Positions 1-8,273 of a DNA stretch of 64,000 nucleotides are shown in pieces (position 1 is the stretch's first letter; the number at the start of each line of letters is the position of its first letter). The position numbers were made by a program, and so were the translations under genes. Under the pieces are notes generated by a model. The model saw only the letters and a program-made list of their open reading frames with translations. It had not been told where the DNA came from and searched no databases. This DNA is from a virus (Duplodnaviria > Caudoviricetes), in IMG/VR virus record IMGVR_UViG_3300036982_000556, positions 3,498-67,497 of that record. The stretch is one strand, 5' to 3'.

Positions 1-803
1 CCCTTGGATCTTGAGTTGACGCTTGGATCGTTTCGGGAGTGACCCGGACGAACTCCGCTTATCTCATCAAGATCCAATCCTTGTATCACTTGCGTGATAG
101 CGATGTGTGCGGGTTTCCCACCCGCTTAGTCCAACTCAACGCTGACTACGCACACGGTATTTCTCACCCCGTGGGGAAATCTATGGGTTCTAATTCCGAC
201 TGTGTTGATGTCGGCCCTTTAGGACTAGAAGAAGCCTAAGCAGTCTGCCCGCCGCTATGGGGGTCGGCTTTTCACCGGCTCGCCGCTAACTTCGCGGTGG
301 TTATGTGGAGTTGATTCCAGCCTTGCCGGACTCCGGGGCATTGAATGCCTTATAGGTTGTTCACGCTCCGGGTAATTAGTCCGTTTGATTAGCGTAGGGC
401 GGTATGGCTCGGTGTCAGCTAAAGGCTCCAGCGTTTACCACCTTTGAGGTTTTGACCCGCAGCGTGAAGGATACGATCCTCCAGCCCCGGAACCCGACTC
501 GGGTCGAATACATGGTGTTGCGATTGCTGTTCAGATACCTAACTCAGGTTCCTACTGCCAACCTCCGCTGCCGACAGTTTCCGACTTGCGGACATCTGCT
601 GAACTTTGGTTGGTGCTGCTAACTGCGTGAGCAACCTACAAGGCGCTCATTGCTTTCTTGAGGGCTAAGAGTCTGTTGAAGGTTTGTCACGTTGTTGCCG
701 GTTTGGAATGTCCCGTTCTTTGCGTGGGGGCCTTGCTGATCTCTTAGCCGCTCAAGCTTGTCTCTGTTTTCAAGTTGCTGTTGTGAGGTTGTTGCCCCCC
801 CAC
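1..803 (-). ncRNA. Candidate large structured ncRNA A (runs off the window edge)
   Basis: Downstream of the promoter at 803-872, no convincing ORF. Hairpins include tatcac-GCAA-gtgata (84-99), gcgggt/acccgc (109-125) and ggatcttga/tcaagatcc (6-14/64-72). Confidence 0.55.
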
Positions 804-872
804 ACACAAGATAGTAGTCGATGCGACTACAGTCCGCAAGTCGAAACAGAAGATTGTTTGATATTTCTTTTG
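803..872 (-). promoter_or_regulatory. Repeated phage promoter element
   Basis: AAAAGAAATATC...GACTTGCGG-17-TACTAT with spacer palindrome GTAGTCGCATCGACTAC. Confidence 0.7.
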
Positions 873-1423
873 GTTGGTCAGTGGAACCGATGTTCTGAAT
901 AAGAGCTGCAAGTTTCTATCCCTGTGACGCAACATCGGGCTGCCTTGCTCCCCGACCGAATACGCTTCGGTGATTACGCTCTTGACGACGCTTTCACTTG
1001 ACTCTGTGTGCCTGTCTGTCTCCAGACGATTCCACTGACCAACCACTCAAGTTGCTGCGGAGGTGCCGTACTAGGGATGTGTTGGGAGAGCAAGGCTTAC
1101 GTCTTTCGACTACTTGGTCACCTCAATCGTCTTGGGTCCGATACCGCAAGTTTCAACTTGAGTCATTCTAGTTACTGTTGAGGAAGCCGTACTGAGGATG
1201 TCTTAGGAGAGGAAGGCTTACACCCGGAGGCTACTTCATGCACTTCAATCGTCTTCTGGTATCAAACAGAATCTAACTAGCACTCGCTCTTTCTGTTGCT
1301 GAGTGTGCAACCGTCACATTTCCTTTTAGGTGGTGTGTCACCCGGAACCCGCTACACGCTTTGTGCGTCTTGCTGCGATTCGCCCCCGGTTGTGTCTCCG
1401 GTTCGTACTGCTCACTTCCTGAT
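872..1423 (-). ncRNA. Candidate structured ncRNA B with tandem ~120-nt domains
   Basis: Follows the promoter at 1425-1481. Has a 15-bp inverted repeat (872-886/1030-1044) and two homologous domains with GAAA and UCCG tetraloops at the same position. Confidence 0.65.
1046..1280 (-). repeat. Tandem imperfect direct repeat, period ~120 nt
   Basis: AAGACGATTGA.GTG...AAGTA[stem-loop]GTAAGCCTT.CTCTCC.AA.ACATCC..AGTACGGC occurs twice. Confidence 0.9.
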
Positions 1424-1424
1424 A

Positions 1425-1481
1425 TAAAGACCGTATCACGATCTACTACAGAAGCACAACCCCAAATAGGATATTTCTTTG
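1425..1481 (-). promoter_or_regulatory. Repeated phage promoter element
   Basis: AAAGAAATATC...GTAGTAGATCGTGA-TACGGT. Confidence 0.6.
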
Positions 1482-1545
1482 TGACACTTGTCACACGGCA
1501 AATCAGAACATGTGTTCGGTCGGCCCAGTGTGGCGGCGCTGCCCG

Positions 1546-3156
1546 TCACTTCTTCTTCCCCCGTTCCTCTTTCGCCTTCGCCAAACGGTACTCAGCAATC
1601 TCCGAAACCCAACGCTCGTTCCGGTCGATCCCCACAAACCCCATGCCCTCCTCAACAGCCGCAACACCCGTCGTCCCCGAACCACAGAACGGATCAAGCA
1701 CAACACCGCCCGGAGGAGTCACCAACCTGACAAGCCACTTCATCAACTCAACAGGGCGGACACGAGGATGATCGTTCTTCACGCCGAGAGGCAAACCAAC
1801 ATTGCGTTCAGCTTGCCTCGCAGGAGGAGTCACAAAGAACCGTGCGACATCACCAATCTCCTCCGCCGCTTCCTCATCAACAACAACCGTTGCGGGCCAC
1901 CGACCCAAGGTCGTTTTGCCAGTCACGACACGAGTCTTAGAAACCTCAGCACCATGACCACCCGCAATAGAATCCGAGGTGTTCCGATAAGAAGCCATCG
2001 CATCACGCTCACCTGACTCCACACGGCAAGCGTCAATGTTCATCGCACCTGTACCCCACTTCATCACAGACTCCGCAGCACTGCCCTTGTGAGGCTTCAC
2101 ACGGAACAACAGGATCGGTTTCCACGCAGGCTTCAACGCAGTAGACCACCCGTACCACGGGTTGTCCTCACCATGATTCTCAAGCCACGACTCGCGTTGC
2201 TCATCAGTCATACCGCTGATCTGCTTGAAGTACGGGTCGCCATCACCGCCAGACCTACGGTCCACCTGCATCCCAATATCTATCCCCGTTGGCATACCCG
2301 TCCCGAATAGCCACATCAACGTGTCACGCAACTCCAAGCCACCGTCCTCAGCGGCCACAGCAACCTTGTGCCAAGTCGTAGTCCCCGCTAACACAGCAAC
2401 ATAGCCGCCGGGTTTTACAACACGTTTGATCTCAGACCAGAAGTCAGGACCGGGAACCCACCTCCACCAATTATCACCAAGGTCAGCTTCGACCATCCGC
2501 TCACCCGCAGGTTTGATCCCGCCAAGAGGATCAGTCACACAAGAATCGAACGTGTTATCGGCATACTCAGCCAACAGTTCTAAACAGTTCCCGACAAACA
2601 ACTCAGACGTTGCACCCGGAGTAACACCTTCAACCTTCGAGACTGTCATCTCCTGCTCAGGAACTTCGACTTCTTTCACCTCAACAGGTTTCTTTGTCTC
2701 TGCCGATTCTTCTAACAACGCTCCCGCTGAAGCTGAAGCAAGTTGGAGTAACGCAGTGATCTCATCACCGGCGAACCCCGCATCAAGAAGCAACGAGTTA
2801 TCTGTTTCAGATACCTCAGCTAGAAGGGAAGCCAACTCAGCGTTGTCGTACTTCCCGTTATCGTGAGTCCGGTTGTCGGCAAGTGAACGGGCCACCGCAG
2901 TTTCCCGGTCGTCGTCCGTATACAGCACAGCGATCTCAGTCCACCCGAGTTGGATCGCAGCCTTATGGGTGTGGTTGCCAATCAGGATCTCCCCCGTGGC
3001 CTGCTGAACGACTATCGGCCTGTGCTGACCGAACCGTTCCAACGACTTCGCAACAGAGTCAACATCACCCCTGCGAGGGTTGCCCTTCATCTGCTGAACG
3101 TCCCCTATGGGGACAACCAGTGGCCTTAGACCGTCAAGGATATTAGAAGTCATCAC
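1546..3156 (-). CDS. ParB-like nuclease domain fused to an N4/N6 DNA methyltransferase
   Basis: N-terminal GNPRRGD...IVV...GNHT...LADNRT; VTDP catalytic-like motif; VLDPFCGSGTT SAM-binding motif. Confidence 0.85.
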   Translation of the reverse strand: MMTSNILDGLRPLVVPIGDVQQMKGNPRRGDVDSVAKSLERFGQHRPIVVQQATGEILIGNHTHKAAIQLGWTEIAVLYTDDDRETAVARSLADNRTHDNGKYDNAELASLLAEVSETDNSLLLDAGFAGDEITALLQLASASAGALLEESAETKKPVEVKEVEVPEQEMTVSKVEGVTPGATSELFVGNCLELLAEYADNTFDSCVTDPLGGIKPAGERMVEADLGDNWWRWVPGPDFWSEIKRVVKPGGYVAVLAGTTTWHKVAVAAEDGGLELRDTLMWLFGTGMPTGIDIGMQVDRRSGGDGDPYFKQISGMTDEQRESWLENHGEDNPWYGWSTALKPAWKPILLFRVKPHKGSAAESVMKWGTGAMNIDACRVESGERDAMASYRNTSDSIAGGHGAEVSKTRVVTGKTTLGRWPATVVVDEEAAEEIGDVARFFVTPPARQAERNVGLPLGVKNDHPRVRPVELMKWLVRLVTPPGGVVLDPFCGSGTTGVAAVEEGMGFVGIDRNERWVSEIAEYRLAKAKEERGKKK

Positions 3157-3174
3157 ACGCCTTTCAAGGGTGTT

Positions 3175-3208
3175 GGTTGCGGGGGCAGACTACCCGCCCC
3201 CGCAACCG
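3175..3208. terminator. GC-rich hairpin after the DUF932-like gene
   Basis: ggttgcgggggc/gcccccgcaacc 12-bp stem. Confidence 0.55.
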
Positions 3209-3211
3209 GGA

Positions 3212-4189
3212 TCAGCGGTCAACCTCAGCGAACACCGCAGCGGTTACCTTCTGGTCATCAAGGTCAATCGACCCCGACAGGAAGTCACTCATCGTGCGAC
3301 CAAGGCGTGACGTTGCACCGGCAGTGCCGTTCGCACGGAACGGGCGCTCATGCTGACGGTAGGTATTGAACGCCTGCACAACTCCCCATCCGGTTCCACG
3401 GAAGTCACCGACACGCTCATCGTTGCGGTAGATGTTCGACACCGACTCAACACGGTTCTCCCAACGAGTACGAGCAGCCTCGGTTGCGGACTCAGCAGGC
3501 ATAGGAGCCAAGCGGTTCACGATCCGGTAGAACTCGGTATCGCTCACTGACGTTTCGATCAGGGTCTTGACCTCAGCGTTGAAAGTCTCAGTCTGCTTCC
3601 ACATCATGCCAAGCGTGTTGCGGGCAGTCGTGAAGTTCATCGACGAGTTGATGGTGTGACGCAGCTTGAACACGTTTTTGTCATTCCTGCGTAGAGCGCC
3701 AATCTGGTTTGAGCAGATGAAGCGATACAAGCCCATCCGGTAGGAAGTGGCGAGTGAACCATCGTGCGAAGATGCAAGCGTGAGCGTTGGTGCAACGTCG
3801 CCGCTACCTGCTTCCAAGCAAGGTGCCTGAACCTGAATCCATCCGACCGCACCGTTCTTCAACAGCCCTGCACCCGAAACCTGAAGGTCAGTGTCAGACG
3901 CATCCAGCAGCTTGAACAAGTTGTCTACGAGAACCTCGTTGAACTGATGCAAGCCGTGAGACTTCGACACCGTGTTCAGGATTAGCCCGGTGTCAGTACG
4001 ACGAATCGCCTGACGGTTCGGAAGCTTCTGCGAGTCACCGAAAGCGTCATGGGTATACAGCGGGGTGTACTCCACCTTGAAGTCGAACAGGTTGCGCACA
4101 CGGTCGAATGGAACCGGGCCTTCCATGTTCTCTGTTGCGTGGACGCTTCCACCAAACCCAAGAATTGTGGTGTCTGTGTTGTTTGCCAT
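3212..4189 (-). CDS. DUF932/DUF945-family phage/plasmid protein
   Basis: GLLKNGAVGWI, ASSHDGSLA, RFICSNQ, KLRHT and GTGWGVVQAFNTY motifs. Confidence 0.8.
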   Translation of the reverse strand: MANNTDTTILGFGGSVHATENMEGPVPFDRVRNLFDFKVEYTPLYTHDAFGDSQKLPNRQAIRRTDTGLILNTVSKSHGLHQFNEVLVDNLFKLLDASDTDLQVSGAGLLKNGAVGWIQVQAPCLEAGSGDVAPTLTLASSHDGSLATSYRMGLYRFICSNQIGALRRNDKNVFKLRHTINSSMNFTTARNTLGMMWKQTETFNAEVKTLIETSVSDTEFYRIVNRLAPMPAESATEAARTRWENRVESVSNIYRNDERVGDFRGTGWGVVQAFNTYRQHERPFRANGTAGATSRLGRTMSDFLSGSIDLDDQKVTAAVFAEVDR

Positions 4190-4224
4190 GATGTATCTGC
4201 TCCCTAGTTGGTTGTTGTACGACT

Positions 4225-4286
4225 CACTATACAGACGGCCACGGACGCTAAATGACTTTCCGCTAAACTTTTATTCAGATTCTTTT
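4225..4286 (-). promoter_or_regulatory. Degenerate copy of the repeated promoter, upstream of the DUF932-like gene
   Basis: AAAAGAATCTGA box followed by TATAGT. Confidence 0.45.
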
Positions 4287-4595
4287 ACAACCCTCAACCT
4301 CAACAAGACATTGACCCCAACCCGCCCCCGGTTGGGCAACCCTCAACCTCAAGTAGAGGTTTACAGTTAGACAAGTCCCCCCGGCGGGCGCACTCTAGGC
4401 CCAGTGTGGCGGGCGTTTTTGCGTCCACACTGATCTATAGACTGTTGAACATATGACTACTGAAGAAGCAGCGAGTGATGCCGAGCATCCAGAAGAAGAA
4501 GCACCCGAGACAGAAGTAGATCGGTTGATGCGTATTAGCCGCAAGCTGACTGCGTGGAAGAACTTGCAGCCAATGCCTAAACAGGAGGAGAAGTA

Positions 4596-4853
4596 ATGAG
4601 TGATGTACTGAGCAGCAACTACACGCCTGCACAGCAGTGGCTTGAAGCGTTGGACCTGATGGTCAAGGCGACTGAGGAACTTGCTACCAATCATGCGGAG
4701 TATCCGTTGGCGGCGATTGAGTGTGGGCCGGAGATGGTTCGTGAGATTGAGCGGGTGATTCGGATTGCTCAACGGTTGACTGATGGTTGTGATGTTCGGT
4801 CAGGTGACTTCTGGAAAGCGGAGCGCCTGAAAAGAAATATCAAACAATCTTGA
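4596..4853 (+). CDS. Hypothetical protein
   Basis: AGGAGG RBS upstream; start overlaps the stop of a small upstream ORF (4452-4598). Confidence 0.6.
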   Translation: MSDVLSSNYTPAQQWLEALDLMVKATEELATNHAEYPLAAIECGPEMVREIERVIRIAQRLTDGCDVRSGDFWKAERLKRNIKQS

Positions 4854-4907
4854 TTAGTGACTTGATAATGTCCCATAGGTGCTGTAGGGTTATCTACATG
4901 ACATCGA
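4830..4907 (+). promoter_or_regulatory. Repeated promoter with leaderless start
   Basis: TTGATA-17-TAGGGT-7-ATG(4898). Confidence 0.75.
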
Positions 4908-5194
4908 GCGAGAACCTCATCCAAACAATCAACGACAACTACGTCAACAACTTCAACATCGCAGCGGATGCGGAAGCGAACAACACTGACGAGTCGTTCG
5001 CCATCCGAGCGATTGCAACCCGTCGTGAAAACGCTCAAGCAACAGTGTTCGCACTGTTCGTCGCAATGAGCGGCGGAACCTGCACCCAAGCGATTCAAGA
5101 TGTTCGCATCGACCGCCGGATCGCAGCTTGCGCAGGATTCACCGCAGCGGACATTGAGTTCGCTCGTCGGGCGAACGCCGAGTGCGTCAACTAA
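4898..5194 (+). CDS. Hypothetical leaderless protein (MTSSE...)
   Basis: ATG 7 nt after the -10 box. Confidence 0.7.
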   Translation: MTSSENLIQTINDNYVNNFNIAADAEANNTDESFAIRAIATRRENAQATVFALFVAMSGGTCTQAIQDVRIDRRIAACAGFTAADIEFARRANAECVN

Positions 5195-5278
5195 ATCCTC
5201 AAGGGGGGGTGGCACGACAAAGTGTCACACCCCCCAAGTACGATTATCAAACAAGTCACAACACAAGGAGCAAAGCAA

Positions 5279-5527
5279 ATGAAGATCCACGCAGCACACC
5301 TAGCCAACCGACTCGCACTTGCAAGCAAGCTTGCAGACGAGGCAATCCGATGGATTGCACAAGGCAAAGCAACCCCGAACGCAGCAGACCTAGAGTGCTT
5401 GCAAGATGCGGCAAGTGACGTTCAGTTCTGGCGCTACATCTACGAGGGTGTCGGTTCCAGCAGTGAGCCTTCCGAGGCAACCGTGTCCGCAACACTCGCA
5501 CTTGTCTATGAGCGGGTGGCAGCATGA
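5279..5527 (+). CDS. Hypothetical protein, paralog of 16003-16227
   Basis: AAGGAG RBS; MKIHAAHLANRLALA vs MKIHPEHLKNRIALA. Confidence 0.75.
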   Translation: MKIHAAHLANRLALASKLADEAIRWIAQGKATPNAADLECLQDAASDVQFWRYIYEGVGSSSEPSEATVSATLALVYERVAA

Positions 5528-5829
5528 ACGAAATCTCTCACAACGTCATCAAAGCGATTCGGGAAACCGAGGTTGCTCAGGCATTGAACCGGGCGTGTCA
5601 AGACTATGACCGCAACGGCGGCGAGGAACGCAAAGCCGAGATGTTCCGGGCCGATGAGATTCTCAGAATCCAACTCAAGGAGGCAGGCATCAAAGTCTTT
5701 GATCGCTTTCAAGAAGATACCGACAAAGGTCAAATGACCGTATGGATGTTCCGTGAAAACGGGATGCAACTTTGCGAACCGTGGCGTGTCAGCTTGGCAG
5801 GCTTCGACGTAAGAAGGATGGAACCATGA
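5524..5829 (+). CDS. Hypothetical protein, paralog of the next gene
   Basis: ATGA overlap; aligns with 5826-6209. Confidence 0.75.
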   Translation: MNEISHNVIKAIRETEVAQALNRACQDYDRNGGEERKAEMFRADEILRIQLKEAGIKVFDRFQEDTDKGQMTVWMFRENGMQLCEPWRVSLAGFDVRRMEP

Positions 5830-6209
5830 ACGAACTTGAGAAGACCATTGTGAACGCTATCCGTCACAGCGAATGGGCAAACGCTCTCACAGAACGATGC
5901 TTCGACTACGAGGAACACAAAGACAACCGTTCCGCCGCACGCATGATCGAAGCTGACGAGAAGTTACGCGCTGAACTAAAAGGCGCAGGGATAAAAATCT
6001 ACGAACGGTCCCCACAAGAAACAGCACGAGGCGAATGGACTGTCTGGTTGTACCGACCAAACTGGAATTGTGATGATGCGGACGACCCATGCCGGGTCGC
6101 GTTGGCAGGCACAACGATCAGGCAGAACCCTCACCAAGTATCTATCGCCCGGCCCGCTGACGGCACCCCCGGCCCCGAGCGCCTAGCCAACATGTTCAAG
6201 TTGGGTTAG
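5826..6209 (+). CDS. Hypothetical protein, tandem paralog of 5524-5829
   Basis: Shared MNE...AIR.E.A.AL...C.DY...ADE.LR..LK.AGIK...TVW pattern. Confidence 0.75.
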   Translation: MNELEKTIVNAIRHSEWANALTERCFDYEEHKDNRSAARMIEADEKLRAELKGAGIKIYERSPQETARGEWTVWLYRPNWNCDDADDPCRVALAGTTIRQNPHQVSIARPADGTPGPERLANMFKLG

Positions 6210-6258
6210 CCCGGCAACACCCCGTCAAGGACACCGCCGGGCCGAGCGCCGCCCAGTG

Positions 6259-6690
6259 TTAGCAGCCGGTGCCGTTCCACGCAGACCGCCAACCGCTGTT
6301 CACGGTGTAGATCGCAACTGCGTCCTGAACCCACGGCGGCGCATAACGTGCCGAACCCCAACCAGAGTGACCTGCCCGAGCGCTCATCGTTCTCCAAGTC
6401 GAATCCAAAAACTGATAAGCGCCTGAAGCGGTCGAACGAGGATTCTTCGCTTGGTAATTCCCGCCGCTCTCATGCCTACGGACGCACGCAAGGAAACCGC
6501 CGGGGGGCGTGTGGGCATGAACAACAGGTTGAGCCTGCGCTTGCAGATGCGCTTTCACAGCAGCCTGTTCCGCCGGGTTCATCGTTGCGTAGGCAGCTAT
6601 TTCTTCCGGGGTACAGCCAATACTTGACACCGCAGATAAGATCACGATTGCGGCAATAGATACAGACCTGAGATTCAGCCTCATGGTCAC
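6259..6690 (-). CDS. Secreted/lipoprotein transglycosylase (Rpf/SLT-like)
   Basis: Signal peptide ending SSIGC; CVRRHESGGNY...ASGAYQFLDSTW...QD lysozyme-like motif. Confidence 0.8.
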   Translation of the reverse strand: MTMRLNLRSVSIAAIVILSAVSSIGCTPEEIAAYATMNPAEQAAVKAHLQAQAQPVVHAHTPPGGFLACVRRHESGGNYQAKNPRSTASGAYQFLDSTWRTMSARAGHSGWGSARYAPPWVQDAVAIYTVNSGWRSAWNGTGC

Positions 6691-6717
6691 CTCTTTCAGT
6701 TGTCGGTTAGATACGCG

Positions 6718-6751
6718 ACAGCCACCCGTTTTGGATGAGCGGGTGGCTGTT
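6718..6751. terminator. Hairpin upstream of the transglycosylase gene
   Basis: acagccacccg/cgggtggctgt 11-bp stem. Confidence 0.5.
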
Positions 6752-6789
6752 GGGTTTCAAGGCTACGCGCACATGTAGACGGAATGCAA

Positions 6790-7005
6790 TCATTCCGTAA
6801 CATTTGCGAGAACGTCGATCAACGGAACCGGGCCGGGCGGAGGCCCAGTAGTGGCGGCATCTTCAGCCGCAGCAACCCACGGACAATCAGGCAAACATTC
6901 ATCCTCTGGCCCGACACCGCATTCATCACAACCACGCATATCACCCGAGTACACTTCCGCTTCCATATCACTCACAGGACTCTCCCTTGGTTCAAGTTCG
7001 TACAC
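6790..7005 (-). CDS. Small acidic Cys-containing hypothetical protein
   Basis: GGGAG upstream; CDECG...ECLPDC. Confidence 0.5.
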   Translation of the reverse strand: MYELEPRESPVSDMEAEVYSGDMRGCDECGVGPEDECLPDCPWVAAAEDAATTGPPPGPVPLIDVLANVTE

Positions 7006-7226
7006 GTTCTAACAGATTACCTAGACACGAAATCACCTCACCAAGTGTCGGCAAAGAATCGTTCAAGCTGACATGCCCACGATGCGGTTGGCCTTGCCGC
7101 CATATCAACCCGGTGTACTGGCCTTCCGAATGGAATCAGTACGGGGGGATCTGCGGGCAATGCGCTCAGGAAGCAGCATCACGTTTCGATGCGACCGAAT
7201 GGCCTGAACCTGAGTAACCTGTTCAC

Positions 7227-7406
7227 ATGACTACAGCGCTGAGGAAGAAAGGGTGGACCGTGAGATGCGACAGATGCAAACGCAACGCTCCTGTCGCCGC
7301 TCCTGCCGCATCTGAAGCCCTCAAAGAAGCCGCCGCCCAATACGGCTGGGAGCGCCAGCGGCCCGGCGTTGACGACATCTGCCCTGACTGCTTCCTAAAG
7401 CTCTAG
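7227..7406 (+). CDS. Small CxxC...CxxC zinc-ribbon-like protein
   Basis: MTTALRKKGWTVRCDRC...ICPDCF, translated by hand. Confidence 0.5.
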   Translation: MTTALRKKGWTVRCDRCKRNAPVAAPAASEALKEAAAQYGWERQRPGVDDICPDCFLKL

Positions 7407-7625
7407 GGCGTTCTGAGCCGCAGCGTCAGCTAATGCCTCAGCGTGTTCGGCAGCAGCTTGTGCTTCTTGCCAAGCTTGTTCCGTGACCGCTCCTGCGGGG
7501 CAGCACGGTGTTTGCGTGACTGCGACTTTTGCGATGCCGGTGCAATCGTGAGGTGTGGGTGTGACGCATTCCCATACCGAGCCGGTTGCCGTGTTTTCGC
7601 CTACGAGTTCTTGAGTCAGGATCAT
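7395..7625 (-). CDS. Hypothetical leaderless protein
   Basis: Preceded by TGTCACACCCC...TAGTAT-7-ATG. Confidence 0.65.
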   Translation of the reverse strand: MILTQELVGENTATGSVWECVTPTPHDCTGIAKVAVTQTPCCPAGAVTEQAWQEAQAAAEHAEALADAAAQNALEL

Positions 7626-7705
7626 GTAACAGATACTACAGGTGGGGTGTGACAGTAAAAGGGGGGGCGGGCCGTTACTACTGGGCGGTGTGGCGTGGGG
7701 GGTCG

Positions 7706-7775
7706 AAAAAGAAATCTAAAGAATCTTGATTATTGACTTGACATGTGTAGTCGCATCGACTATCTTTATGGGGGT
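7706..7775 (+). promoter_or_regulatory. Repeated promoter, ncRNA-associated subtype
   Basis: TTGACA-17-TATCTT, spacer palindrome GTAGTCGCATCGACTA, then ATGGGGGTAAGG. Confidence 0.8.
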
Positions 7776-8268
7776 AAGGCAATACAACCTAAAGAACCGG
7801 ACAAAGCAACAGCTCGGGGAACACGGCGGTTAGGGTCCGCACACCAAAGACTCTCAAGTACAAGAATCAAGTTCTTAGATGATGAACTTGGAACCGTAGA
7901 AGTACCGGGCTGATCGCCAAGTGAAGCGCCCTACGGCACACAGCGATGTGCTTATGAAGGTGGTGGATGGATGTTGACATAGCGCGAGTGAATGCGGAGA
8001 ACGGCAAAAGCAATTAGTTCTGAGGTGAAGCGGTGCGTGCGCACAATCCGTGGAGTAGTAAGAACGAAAGCAAGTAGCCGGTCCAAGGGCATCTTCTAAA
8101 AACTTGATTCACACAACAGGCTAAAAGCAGCACAGGGAATATCGCCTGAAACAAAGTCCCGCCGCTGAACGAATCTTCCGGTGTTCCAAGGGTTGTAGAC
8201 CTCGGGTGACAGAAGATAGGAACAAAGGAACCCTCTGTGCAGTCAACCGACGGCAGAGGGTTTCTTTG
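7772..8268 (+). ncRNA. Candidate structured ncRNA C (~500 nt)
   Basis: No ORF of 60 aa or more. 5'/3' pairings tacaacct/gggttgta and ggaacacgg/ccggtgttcc; bounded by promoter and terminator. Confidence 0.65.
8225..8268 (+). terminator. Bidirectional intrinsic terminator between ncRNA C and terL
   Basis: gaaccctctg/cagagggtttc stem flanked by A- and T-rich tracts. Confidence 0.75.
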
Positions 8269-8273
8269 CGTTA

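Noticed and set aside
95-130. Group II intron domain V (AGC...GAAA...CGCAC on the minus strand)
   Set aside because: The lower stem and length do not fit the 34-nt DV consensus; no GUGYG start or RT/maturase ORF nearby.
744-1046. 100-aa minus-strand ORF inside ncRNA B (likewise 12514-12792 in D and 39-239, 404-622 in A)
   Set aside because: No RBS, alternative start codons, no recognisable domain, and overlap with strong inverted repeats; not formally excluded without Ribo-seq.
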